From contig NC_022349.1 in the NCBI RefSeq assembly GCF_000354175.2, positions 1,920,001 to 1,952,000 on the forward strand: a DNA stretch of 32,000 nucleotides, in the 5' to 3' direction. Positions 1-8,511 of the stretch are shown here, piece after piece. Within the stretch, counting starts at the first letter, position 1. Each line of letters starts with the position of its first letter. The position numbers and the translations under genes were made by a program. The notes below the pieces were generated by a model. The model had not been told where the DNA came from and searched no databases. It worked only from the letters and a program-made list of their open reading frames with translations. Origin of the DNA: Vibrio alginolyticus NBRC 15630 = ATCC 17749 (GTDB taxonomy: Bacteria > Pseudomonadota > Gammaproteobacteria > Enterobacterales > Vibrionaceae).

Positions 1-555
1 AAATGCATTATTAATACGAATACCACTATGACTGCTGTCAAGGTATCCATGGATAGCACCGTTTGAAACATCTACATAGTTTTTAGCGATAACATTTTGG
101 CCGACATCGACATTGGTCAGCTTGACACCATCTTTGGTACTTCTTACCGTCCCTAGCACAGTCGAGTTAGATAGCTCTATATAGTTACCATTATCAATAT
201 GGCCATTAAGAGTCAGGTTAGAGGCAGCAAATGAATTTCCGTTGAGATCCAACGATAAAGAGTTGCTCGGGCTACCGATGGTATTATAACCGCCAAAACT
301 CACGTATTTTTTTATACGCAGCCAACTGGTTTGGTTATTGGTTAAGATTTTATCGCCGGGATCAAGCGATAATCCCTTTGAGCAAGTGTAAATGGTTAAA
401 CTGTAGTTGTAACTGCCCTTCCCTGGACAAGGGCTATTTTTAGCATATATCTTTCCTTTCCAGCTATACCAAGGCGTGAGATCGAAAACAGTAGCAAAAG
501 CATTTCCAGAAAAAAACAGCAATCCAGAAATTATAATTAGTATTCTTGTATTCAT
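1..555 (-). CDS. mshQ: MSHA biogenesis protein MshQ, N-terminal 185 codons (gene continues past the left edge)
   Basis: The minus-strand frame is open from the ATG at 555 to position 1. It is absent from the ORF track because it is truncated. My translation starts MNTRILIIISGLLFFSGNAFA|TVFDLTPWYSWKGK..., a Sec-type signal peptide. The ATG overlaps the mshP stop (ATGA at 552-555). Its position after mshP matches the V. cholerae mshA-Q operon order. Confidence 0.75.
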   Translation of the reverse strand, partial: MNTRILIIISGLLFFSGNAFATVFDLTPWYSWKGKIYAKNSPCPGKGSYNYSLTIYTCSKGLSLDPGDKILTNNQTSWLRIKKYVSFGGYNTIGSPSNSLSLDLNGNSFAASNLTLNGHIDNGNYIELSNSTVLGTVRSTKDGVKLTNVDVGQNVIAKNYVDVSNGAIHGYLDSSHSGIRINNAF

Positions 556-992
556 TTGTACTCCTTTACCCAAACCTCTTGCTGACGCTGTACCTGTATA
601 ACCCCAGAACCACACGTTGCCGTGGCCTGCACCTTAAAAAGATATTTAGCGTCAGGGGTACCCTCATTGAAAGTACCTATATTTGTACATGCCATCGCAT
701 TAACCTTGCACCCACTTCCCACAGCTACCGGCGGAACGGCACCGCTAACCTCCCCACTGCATACGGTCTCGATATCTGTTGTACTTGTATCTAACGGATA
801 CATCTTGGTCAGTGCCCATTCATTGGCGGACTGAGCAACAAACCAAGCTTTTGTTCCCAAAAACTCTCTTGTTAATCCGCTTTGATTCGACCATGTAACT
901 TTCATTAAAGAGGAAGCCAAATATCCCATTACAATAATGACGAATAACACGATGATTAGTACATTTCCGCTGGAGTTTCTTTTACGGGACAT
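552..992 (-). CDS. mshP: MSHA pilin-like biogenesis protein MshP
   Basis: This lies in the track ORF 552..1043. I prefer the ATG at 992, which gives MSRKRNSSGNVLIIVLFVIIVMGYLASSL: a short basic leader plus a hydrophobic helix, pilin-like but lacking Glu+5. The 1043 start would overlap mshO by 62 nt. The call rests on synteny, as the gene following mshO. Confidence 0.7.
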   Translation of the reverse strand: MSRKRNSSGNVLIIVLFVIIVMGYLASSLMKVTWSNQSGLTREFLGTKAWFVAQSANEWALTKMYPLDTSTTDIETVCSGEVSGAVPPVAVGSGCKVNAMACTNIGTFNEGTPDAKYLFKVQATATCGSGVIQVQRQQEVWVKEYK

Positions 993-1695
993 TGAGCACC
1001 TGCACATCTTGTTGATACACACTACGTTCACCATCCTGCTCAAACTCTAGATTAATATGAACTAAACCACCTCGTTGCAGAGTAGACTCTAGATAACGCA
1101 TACCACTTACGGACGTATCGACACTATCCGCAACTGTAATACCATTTCGCGTAACTCGCTTGGTATCAAAACAGTAGCGAACCTCCGACTTCTCTTGATA
1201 AATATAAAGACGGCTAGAAACAGAGGATCCCGTAATCGTACTTGCCCCCCCACTAACAACAAAAACCTTACCTGTTTTAGCTAAACCACCAATGGCTATA
1301 TTTCGCGAAGAAGTTGATTGTAAATCTTCATATCGGCTCGGATTTATCACCATCCTGCGATTCGCAGGAATAGGATTAAGCGTTGAGTCATTACCTAGCA
1401 AAAACTCTAAGTCATTATTCTTAAACGTGTAAAAACCAGAATATTCAATCGGCACAAACTCTAGACAATTAGTTGTTCCTTTTGGCACATGAAAACTATT
1501 AGGTACAGCATGGCGGATTTCACGCGTCATCTTTTCTAAAACAAACTGAGCTTGTGTTTGTATTCGTTGGCGGTCGATAGTATCAGCGTACCCTTTCATT
1601 CCTAACTGGACATACCCAGCTATACCCAACATGATGAAGCTGCCGATCACAATCGTAACTATCATTTCCATTAAGGTGAAACCACGAGCTTTCAT
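982..1695 (-). CDS. mshO: MSHA minor pilin MshO
   Basis: 237 aa. MKARG|FTLMEMIVTIVIGSFIM is a class III prepilin signal (Gly-1, Phe+1, Glu+5). Its ATG overlaps the mshD stop by 1 nt (TGATG at 1693-1697). Confidence 0.8.
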   Translation of the reverse strand: MKARGFTLMEMIVTIVIGSFIMLGIAGYVQLGMKGYADTIDRQRIQTQAQFVLEKMTREIRHAVPNSFHVPKGTTNCLEFVPIEYSGFYTFKNNDLEFLLGNDSTLNPIPANRRMVINPSRYEDLQSTSSRNIAIGGLAKTGKVFVVSGGASTITGSSVSSRLYIYQEKSEVRYCFDTKRVTRNGITVADSVDTSVSGMRYLESTLQRGGLVHINLEFEQDGERSVYQQDVQVLNVP

Positions 1696-2300
1696 CAGTA
1701 GTTCCCTTTAATAGCGGTTAAAGTAAGGGGCTGCGTGTTCCCCGCAAAAATCCGTAATGTTACTTTTTTGTATTCGGTTATTTCATCGGGAGCTTTATCC
1801 GTCAGATCATCATAGGCAACGCTAACTTCTAATCTAAAGTTTTTGTACTGCTCAGTACTGTCCGCACCAAGTACATCACTAATATTCCCTCTAGGGATAC
1901 CATCACACTGAGAAGCCGTTGTAGATGTGCTCCAACACCCGATATAGTCATCGACATCGTTGAAAGAACTCGGATTTGATGCATCCTCTCCGTAGTCAGT
2001 ATCCACACCTAAAGTCGAAGAGCATAAATTCAAAGGATTATCTAGATGAGGGCTGTCTTTAGGCTCACCACATCGAACAGTACCACCATCAAAGTCACTC
2101 CACTGGTCAAAGCCTCGTGAAAGAATCTGTGACATAAAACCTTGGCCTAATGCGGCCGCGCGGGTTTGATAGTGAGGGATGGCGGAATCTCGAATTTGAG
2201 GGACAAGAAAAGAAGTAAACGCCACCATCGCAATGCCCATTAAAACAATCGCGATGATCATTTCTATTAAAGTCATGCCACTAGATTTCTTCATGAGCAT
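1695..2300 (-). CDS. mshD: MSHA minor pilin MshD
   Basis: 201 aa. MLMKKSSG|MTLIEMIIAIVLMG is a prepilin signal with Glu+5. An alternative ATG at 2294 would form an ATGA overlap with the mshC stop. Confidence 0.8.
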   Translation of the reverse strand: MLMKKSSGMTLIEMIIAIVLMGIAMVAFTSFLVPQIRDSAIPHYQTRAAALGQGFMSQILSRGFDQWSDFDGGTVRCGEPKDSPHLDNPLNLCSSTLGVDTDYGEDASNPSSFNDVDDYIGCWSTSTTASQCDGIPRGNISDVLGADSTEQYKNFRLEVSVAYDDLTDKAPDEITEYKKVTLRIFAGNTQPLTLTAIKGNY

Positions 2301-2770
2301 GTACCTTTAGAAACATAGCCTTGAGTATTAATTTCAACTTGGCAGCGGCTTCGACCATGTTTATCTTCAATTAAGATGTTTACAGCACCACTTACAGGAT
2401 TGCCGAGAAGGTTAAAATTAATTGTATTTGCGGCACCGCTGATAACGGAAAACTTTGCGGACTTATCGATAACCACGTCACTACGGGCATCTTGTGCACT
2501 ACCTATTAGTGCGCAGGCAGCAACTGAACCAACACATGAGCTAGAAACTTGCAAACGAAAGTTATCATCAGGTTTCTCAACATTCGACTGCATACGATTC
2601 ACCTGCACTTGGCGAATCACAGAAATCACACGTTCTTGTAATGCATATGCAGAAAAACTGCCAGAGCCCATAAAACGGCTGGCTGCAAAAAGTGAAAGGC
2701 TAGAGAGGAGAACAATCACGAGGATTAACTCCATTAACGTGAACCCTAATGCAGAGCTGCGAATTTTCAT
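2291..2770 (-). CDS. mshC: MSHA minor pilin MshC
   Basis: 159 aa. MKIRSSALG|FTLMELILVIVLL is a prepilin signal with Glu+5. Its position matches mshC in the reference locus. Confidence 0.8.
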   Translation of the reverse strand: MKIRSSALGFTLMELILVIVLLSSLSLFAASRFMGSGSFSAYALQERVISVIRQVQVNRMQSNVEKPDDNFRLQVSSSCVGSVAACALIGSAQDARSDVVIDKSAKFSVISGAANTINFNLLGNPVSGAVNILIEDKHGRSRCQVEINTQGYVSKGTCS

Positions 2771-2885
2771 AACCCAACCTTAGGCTTAGAACAAGCGAGA
2801 TAAGTATACGATGAAATTATGAGATTAATGATAGGTTTATAATTTTTCGATTCGAAGTGTGAACAGACGAACAAATAACCAATGT

Positions 2886-3119
2886 CTAGTTATTTTGCCC
2901 TTTTGAACGACCAATCTCTTCTTCAATTCGATCGTAAGTTTCTTTATTGCTCAGCGTTTCAGAAACGTGCTCAGCGGTTTGCTTGGTTTGCTCCCACTTT
3001 GCTTCGTAAGTTTCTGGCTCGAAGCTGATAAATCTTGGTAATACCACATAACCGATCACACCTAAGATAACCAGCACAACTACAAACTCTATTGCACTAA
3101 GACCCGATGATTTACGCAT
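2886..3119 (-). CDS. Short helix-only type IV pilin-like protein ('mini-pilin', 77 aa precursor)
   Basis: The track ORF 2886..3167 starts at a TTG. The internal ATG at 3119 gives MRKSSG|LSAIEFVVVLVILGVIGYVVLPRF..., with Gly-1, Glu+5, Gly14 and Pro22-Arg23-Phe24 in register with the adjacent MshA-type pilin. About 47 Glu/Lys-rich residues follow, with no Cys and no globular domain. The Shine-Dalgarno sequence is weak (GGAA). Confidence 0.6.
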   Translation of the reverse strand: MRKSSGLSAIEFVVVLVILGVIGYVVLPRFISFEPETYEAKWEQTKQTAEHVSETLSNKETYDRIEEEIGRSKGQNN

Positions 3120-3140
3120 ATGAATTATTCCGAGATTAAT

Positions 3141-3181
3141 CAAAATAAAGAGATAAAGGCCAGCCAAAACGACTGACCTTT
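3141..3181 (-). terminator. Candidate intrinsic attenuator/terminator hairpin just after the major pilin gene
   Basis: The minus-strand RNA reads AAAGGUCAG-UCGUUUUGG-CUGGCCUUU. This forms a 9-bp stem with one G.U pair, followed by the U-rich AUCUCUUUAUUUU. It starts 10 nt after the pilin stop. The U tract is interrupted, so termination is probably partial. Confidence 0.4.
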
Positions 3182-3191
3182 ACAGAATAAT

Positions 3192-3695
3192 CTAGCACTT
3201 GTCGCTAGCAATTACAGTTTTGGCAGCCTTATCTGCTGTTGTACCTGTTGCTTCAATGTAACCAACGTAACAACCTACATTTTCCTTAGTACCTGTTGGG
3301 TCATATACCCAATCACTATCCGCTTTTTTACCTTTAAATGTATATGCTTTATTGTTGTTTACAGTAATTTCATCCCAATCATCAGACAAACCTGTTACAG
3401 CAGTTTTTAAGCCTTCAAACGTTGGATAACCAAAAGTTATTTTAATTCCTTCTACTTCAGGCTTATCATCTTCATCAGCTTTACTAGCGTCGATAGTCTC
3501 TTTACCTTCTACTGCAGCCTTACCATACGCAATACCGGACGCACCATCAATGGCACCTTTCAAACCTTGCAATGAAGCTTTGCGAGCATCATCTTGCAGG
3601 TTAAGGAAACGTGGTGCTGCAGTGACCGCTAGAATACCTAGGATTACAATTACCACTACCAATTCGATAAGGGTGAAACCACCTTGTCTTTTCAT
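3192..3695 (-). CDS. mshA: MSHA major pilin (MshA-type; could alternatively be annotated MshB)
   Basis: 167 aa. As far as I recall, MKRQGG|FTLIELVVVIVILGILAVTAAPRFLNLQDDAR is essentially the V. cholerae MshA N-terminus. A C-terminal Cys pair (..VGCYVGY...ASDKC) would form the D-region disulfide. A GAGAGAG Shine-Dalgarno sequence precedes the ATG at 3695. Confidence 0.8.
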   Translation of the reverse strand: MKRQGGFTLIELVVVIVILGILAVTAAPRFLNLQDDARKASLQGLKGAIDGASGIAYGKAAVEGKETIDASKADEDDKPEVEGIKITFGYPTFEGLKTAVTGLSDDWDEITVNNNKAYTFKGKKADSDWVYDPTGTKENVGCYVGYIEATGTTADKAAKTVIASDKC

Positions 3696-3986
3696 TGTTT
3701 ACTCTCTCTATGTAAGCATGCAGTACAACTGCAAAGTTTTGTTTAGGTCACGCGACCATTTTGGATATTGTCAAAACGGTTTGGGGCAGCAACGTTCACT
3801 AAAACTGACCGTGAAGTGGATACTGTATCTACCGCTTGAGCAGAATGACGATTCGCCATTATTCAGTTCATGCTGCAATGAGAAAAACACATTATTGTTT
3901 ACCCACTATTACAGCCTGTTACTTATGGTAATGATTGCATTATACCGACTTTCATTACCAATTATAGTGATTAGGTGTCAAAAAAT
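3696..3986 (-). promoter_or_regulatory. Intergenic region expected to hold the promoter and 5' UTR of the MSHA structural (pilin) operon
   Basis: This is a 291-nt AT-rich gap, whereas other msh genes overlap or sit no more than 45 nt apart. The V. cholerae locus is described as two operons split at this point. On the minus strand there is a TTGACA at 3981-3976 and TATAAT at 3966-3961 and 3944-3939, but the spacings (9 and 31 nt) are non-canonical. A 6-bp inverted repeat, TGCAGT-aca-ACTGCA, lies at 3719-3733. No exact promoter is called. Confidence 0.45.
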
Positions 3987-4448
3987 TCACTCTGCCGACA
4001 TTTCGACGTCTATTTTCAGTTGATTAGCAGTTAAGATAACTACAATCGACTGACCATTTTCATAAGTGTAGTGACAGACATAACGATCAGTTTTGATGGC
4101 TCCACTGATATCTATTAACTTGTTGGTCATTATTTTACGTTGGGGGTAATGCACCGCTAGCCAATAACCACAATCTAATACACCTTGCTGAGTAAAGGGA
4201 GACACTAACCCGTCCTCAGTCATAGTAAGGTTAAAACCATCCATCAGCATATGCTCTGGCTCGCCTTGTACTAGCCAAGCTTGACGATAACGCTGAACAC
4301 TATCTTGCATCCAAACTCTCGCCAACTTAGCCCCAGTTACTTGTGCTTGCTCGGTCACAGGACGTAATTTGACCGCCAAACCCACCGCCATAATCGTAGC
4401 AATAACCCCAAACACAATAAGCGTTGCTCGGCTTTGATTTTCAACCAC
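3987..4448 (-). CDS. mshF: MSHA biogenesis protein MshF
   Basis: 153 aa with a GTG start at 4448, 3 nt after the mshG stop. It has one N-terminal TM helix (ATLIVFGVIATIMAVGLAV). The call rests on synteny, as the last gene of the secretory operon. Confidence 0.65.
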   Translation of the reverse strand: MVENQSRATLIVFGVIATIMAVGLAVKLRPVTEQAQVTGAKLARVWMQDSVQRYRQAWLVQGEPEHMLMDGFNLTMTEDGLVSPFTQQGVLDCGYWLAVHYPQRKIMTNKLIDISGAIKTDRYVCHYTYENGQSIVVILTANQLKIDVEMSAE

Positions 4449-4451
4449 CTA

Positions 4452-5675
4452 TTAGCCGCCTTTGATGATGTCGAGCATTCCCCACATTGGTAAGAAGATA
4501 CCCAATGCCAGCACCATGACCATGCCTGCGACAATCACCAAAAGTAATGGTTCTATTCTTGCGGTCAGCGTTTTTAGATCGTAATCGACTTCTCGATCGT
4601 AAAAGTCCGACACCTCCAGCAGCAACTCATCAATACGACCAGTTTCTTCACCTACTGCAATCATCTGAATCACCAATGGGGTAAATATTTTACTGTTGAT
4701 GGCCGTCACTGAAATGGTGCTACCCGCTTCAATTGCGGACTTCATCTCAAGAATTCGGTTTTCTAAAAAACGGTTCCCTAATGCTTCCCCGGCCAAAGCC
4801 AAAGACTGGTTAAGTGGCACACCTGATTTCAGCATCAACGAAAAGGTTCTGGCAAAACGAGAAAGCTGCGCACGATTAACGATATCGCCTACAATTGGCA
4901 GCCGAAGCCGAAACTTATCGAACTTCTCCCGACCATCAGCCGTCGCCACCCACGCTCTGAATACAGTAAACGCGCCAATCATTGCCACAACCAGCAACAC
5001 CCAATAATTAACAAAGAAATTAGAAGTCGCGATCAAAATACGCGTCGGCAATGGTAGCTCAACCCCAAAGCGCGTGAACATCGATGCAAACTCAGGGATC
5101 ACCAAGATATTCAATACAAACATGGCGATGGTGATAAAGATAATGACAAACGTCGGATAACGCATCGCCGCTTTAATGCGTTTGCGAGTCTCAAGTTCCT
5201 GTTCGTAGTAATTCGCCAGTTGCAATAGCGCTTGGTCAAGCCGACCCGTATTCTCACCGACGTTGATCATAGAAACGAACAGTGGGCTGAATACTTTGCT
5301 GTGTTGCTGCATCGCAGAAGACAAACCTCGGCCATTACTCAGTTCAGAAACGACATCTTCTAGCGCCTCTTTGAGCTGTTTGTTTTCGCAATTTTGCAAC
5401 AAGCCACGCATAGAGCGCAGCAAAGGTACGCCAGCTTTAGTCAAACTAAACAACTGGCGAGAGAAAAGAATAATTACTTCCAACGGAATAGCAGGCACAA
5501 ACAGCTTAGATAAGCTCACTTGGCTTTTTGCCGACTCTTTCTCTAAACGTACATTGAGCGGGATGACCCCTTTATTCATCAAAGCTTCCGCCGCAGCTTC
5601 TGAGTTCACTGCTTCGATTTTGCCGTTAGTGGATGAGCCGTCTAGCGTGCGGCCTTGATAACGAAAAGTTGGCAT
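4452..5675 (-). CDS. mshG: MSHA platform protein MshG (PilC/GspF family)
   Basis: 407 aa. It shows the duplicated GspF/PilC-type architecture, with three hydrophobic segments and two cytoplasmic helical domains. It follows mshE with an 8-nt gap. Confidence 0.85.
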   Translation of the reverse strand: MPTFRYQGRTLDGSSTNGKIEAVNSEAAAEALMNKGVIPLNVRLEKESAKSQVSLSKLFVPAIPLEVIILFSRQLFSLTKAGVPLLRSMRGLLQNCENKQLKEALEDVVSELSNGRGLSSAMQQHSKVFSPLFVSMINVGENTGRLDQALLQLANYYEQELETRKRIKAAMRYPTFVIIFITIAMFVLNILVIPEFASMFTRFGVELPLPTRILIATSNFFVNYWVLLVVAMIGAFTVFRAWVATADGREKFDKFRLRLPIVGDIVNRAQLSRFARTFSLMLKSGVPLNQSLALAGEALGNRFLENRILEMKSAIEAGSTISVTAINSKIFTPLVIQMIAVGEETGRIDELLLEVSDFYDREVDYDLKTLTARIEPLLLVIVAGMVMVLALGIFLPMWGMLDIIKGG

Positions 5676-5683
5676 TCACTTAC

Positions 5684-7408
5684 CTATATGAAAATGGGAT
5701 CAGTCTTACCAGAAGCATCACCCTCACCTAGGGTCATCACTTCATCCAAACTGACGGTGCCTTGTAGCGCCAGTTCCATTGCAGAAGCAAGCAGTGGCTT
5801 ATAGTTTTCTGAGCGGCGCGCGGCTTGCGCAAAGCCAACCGCATCATTGGCGCGCAATTTATCCATCATCTCTTGCTCAAGTTCGAGCATTTCAAACACA
5901 CCGATTCGGCCTCGATAACCAGTCAAGTTACAGTTTTGGCAACCTGCGCCTTTATAAAAAATGGTGCTAACTTGATTTGGGAAACGCCCAGCTAACCACT
6001 GCTGGCGAGACTCATCTAAGTGATCTTCTGTTTTACAATCTGGGCAAACTCGGCGCACAAGACGCTGCGCCACCACGGCTCTGACCGCACTAGCAACCAA
6101 GTAACCCGGCGCCCCCATATCGATCATACGTAACGCACTGTCGACAGCATCGTTGGTGTGAAGAGTGCTCAATACTAAGTGACCCGTTAGTGCAGCTCGC
6201 AGACCAATTTCTACCGTCTCTTGATCACGCATCTCACCAACAAGAATGATGTCTGGGTCTTGACGTAAAAAGGTTCTAAGGACACGCGAGAAAGTTAGAT
6301 CGATCTTACTGTTAACCTGTACCTGAGTGATGCGAGGCAGACGATATTCAACCGGGTCCTCTGCTGTAATGATCTTTTTCCCAGGTTCGTTGAGCTCACT
6401 CAATGCGCCGTAAAGCGTGGTGGTTTTACCGGAACCTGTCGGCCCGGTAACCAAAATCATGCCATGCGGACGCGCCAACTGTCGACGTAAGCGAGCAAGC
6501 AAGTCTGGCGGCAAGCCCGACTCTTCTAACGGACGCAAACCAGCGGACTGGTTAAGCAGACGCATTACTACAGATTCTCCGTACTGCGTTGGTAACGTCG
6601 ACATACGAATATCAATTGATTGGCCACGAACTTTGATATTGAATCGGCCATCTTGTGGCAAGCGCTTTTCAGAAATATCTAGGTGTGCCATCAACTTCAG
6701 TCGAAGAACCAAAGCCGATGCAATATTCACTTCATTTAAGAGCGTTTCATGCAATACGCCATCAATACGCTGGCGCAAACGCAATACTTGATCGTCTGGC
6801 TCAATATGAATATCCGAAGCTCCAACCTGTACCGCATCTTCAAACATGGAATTAACCAGCTTTACAACGGTAACCTCTTCACTATCGGCTTCATCAACAC
6901 CGTAATCAAAGCTTTGTACATCTTTATGCTCTTCATGCAGCTGTTCAGCAAAGGAGGCTATCTCTTTAGTACGGCGGTAATAACGGTCAAAGCTTGAAAT
7001 AAGCTGACGCTCCGAAGCCACAATGAACTCAAGGTTGTATTGACCTAACAAGTTCATCAATGATTCTTGAATGAACAAGTCCGCAGGGTCGCTCATAGCA
7101 ACGCGCAGGGTGTCCCCATTTCGAGCAACGACCATCGCACGTAAGCGACGAGCGTGTACCTCAGGTAAAATCTGCACGGCTTCGGCATCCACAGGTGCAC
7201 GACCAAGATCGATCAGTGGCAAACCAAGCTGCTGAGACAAGAAGTCCAACATTTGCTTTTCAGTAATAAAGCCAAGGTCAATTAACGCATCCCCTAACTT
7301 CTGCCCGGTACTACGTTGTGCGTTTAGTGCTTGCTGGATTTGTTCTTCAGAGACGATACCTTCCTCAACCAGAAGATCGCCCAAGCGTTTTCTCAACTGA
7401 ATTTTCAT
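5684..7408 (-). CDS. mshE: MSHA extension ATPase MshE (GspE/PilB family) with N-terminal c-di-GMP-binding MshEN domain
   Basis: 574 aa. It carries Walker A VTGPTGSGKTTT, a tetracysteine motif (CPDC...CQNC) and GspE-type Asp/His boxes. The N-terminus has two 24-residue motifs, RLGDLLVEEGIVSEEQIQQALNAQ and KLGDALIDLGFITEKQMLDFLSQQ. Its ATG overlaps the mshN stop (ATGA). Confidence 0.92.
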   Translation of the reverse strand: MKIQLRKRLGDLLVEEGIVSEEQIQQALNAQRSTGQKLGDALIDLGFITEKQMLDFLSQQLGLPLIDLGRAPVDAEAVQILPEVHARRLRAMVVARNGDTLRVAMSDPADLFIQESLMNLLGQYNLEFIVASERQLISSFDRYYRRTKEIASFAEQLHEEHKDVQSFDYGVDEADSEEVTVVKLVNSMFEDAVQVGASDIHIEPDDQVLRLRQRIDGVLHETLLNEVNIASALVLRLKLMAHLDISEKRLPQDGRFNIKVRGQSIDIRMSTLPTQYGESVVMRLLNQSAGLRPLEESGLPPDLLARLRRQLARPHGMILVTGPTGSGKTTTLYGALSELNEPGKKIITAEDPVEYRLPRITQVQVNSKIDLTFSRVLRTFLRQDPDIILVGEMRDQETVEIGLRAALTGHLVLSTLHTNDAVDSALRMIDMGAPGYLVASAVRAVVAQRLVRRVCPDCKTEDHLDESRQQWLAGRFPNQVSTIFYKGAGCQNCNLTGYRGRIGVFEMLELEQEMMDKLRANDAVGFAQAARRSENYKPLLASAMELALQGTVSLDEVMTLGEGDASGKTDPIFI

Positions 7409-8511
7409 TGTGCGCTCTCCAACTCTTTCAAGATGCTCAAACGGTCACGGATAAATGCTTGCGATTGATTCGAAATGCCAACTTTACTCAGAGCTTGGTT
7501 GTAAGAGTTAATCGCGGCAGTAAAAGCCAGGGCGCGCTCTTGTTGAATAGCCAAACCTAACCACCAGCGCGCGTTTTCCGGCTCACGCTGAGTTAGGAGT
7601 TGATAGCTCTCAAGCGCAATGTCATTTTGCTTGTGTTTTTGTGCCAATGCCGCACGCATCGCCAAGTAATCTCGACTTGGTACTGGAGGCAAATGAACAA
7701 GCGGGCTCAGCGCCGCTTCAGGTTGATTAGCTTTCACTAACAACTTAGACAAGGCCAAGCGGAGTACTTGGTTGTTCGTATCTAGGTTGATGCCTTCTTG
7801 AATAATCTCATATGCTTTACGCGTGTCACCTTTACCAAAGTACAACGCTGATAACTTTTGACGCGTGTCTGCATTCATTGGCTCATAACGCAACGCCTCG
7901 GCATAAGCCGATAACGCCGTTTGCATATCGTTAGCATCGAGTGCCTTTTCCGCTCGACTAACTGCCTTAAGAGAAAGCTGACGATGTGTAAGCTCAACCT
8001 GCTCAATACGCATTGAGCTGTTTTCTGATGTCGTGTGGGTTACGGGATCGTATTGCTCCTCGCTCGGCATCGTTGCTAACTGCGCGAGTAAAACTGCCTC
8101 TTCAGAGGCGGTATTTATCTCAGATCTTGGCGTGAACCTATCAGTCTCTTGCATGTGAGGCTGTTGCGCTACCGGCTGTGTGGCTGGTTTGGTGTAAACC
8201 ACTTGAGTTGTATCGGGCGTCATTTTACTCGTTGGCGAGTGAGTGCGCTCCGATGAAACAATTGGTGAGACATTCACAGACGACAGTGGCATAGCGTCGG
8301 TTTGAAACTGTGATAGCTCGCCTGAAGGAACAGGACCGCGAGAGACCGCCCAGCTACCAACCGCAAGGCTTAACGAAAAACCGGCGACAAGCCAAAGCCA
8401 AGGTTTACTGCGTGAGACACTTGGAATCTCCGCACGAGTAAGCTCTGACGGCGATGTTTTTTCAGCAAGTTCTGATAATGCTTTATTGATGGCACTCAAG
8501 GTTGACTCCAT
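7405..8511 (-). CDS. mshN: MSHA biogenesis TPR protein MshN
   Basis: The track ORF starts at a TTG at 8517. I prefer the ATG at 8511 (MESTLSAINKA...). The protein has a TM segment (WLWLVAGFSLSLAVGSWAV) and a C-terminal TPR-like repeat region. It overlaps the mshM 3' end by 16 nt. Confidence 0.75.
   Translation of the reverse strand: MESTLSAINKALSELAEKTSPSELTRAEIPSVSRSKPWLWLVAGFSLSLAVGSWAVSRGPVPSGELSQFQTDAMPLSSVNVSPIVSSERTHSPTSKMTPDTTQVVYTKPATQPVAQQPHMQETDRFTPRSEINTASEEAVLLAQLATMPSEEQYDPVTHTTSENSSMRIEQVELTHRQLSLKAVSRAEKALDANDMQTALSAYAEALRYEPMNADTRQKLSALYFGKGDTRKAYEIIQEGINLDTNNQVLRLALSKLLVKANQPEAALSPLVHLPPVPSRDYLAMRAALAQKHKQNDIALESYQLLTQREPENARWWLGLAIQQERALAFTAAINSYNQALSKVGISNQSQAFIRDRLSILKELESAQ

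Noticed and set aside
510-516. An A7/T7 homopolymer lies in the mshQ signal-peptide coding region, with similar A7 runs elsewhere (for example in uvrA).
   Set aside because: The runs are short, and phase variation by such tracts is not established for Vibrio msh genes. They are most likely chance runs in AT-leaning sequence.
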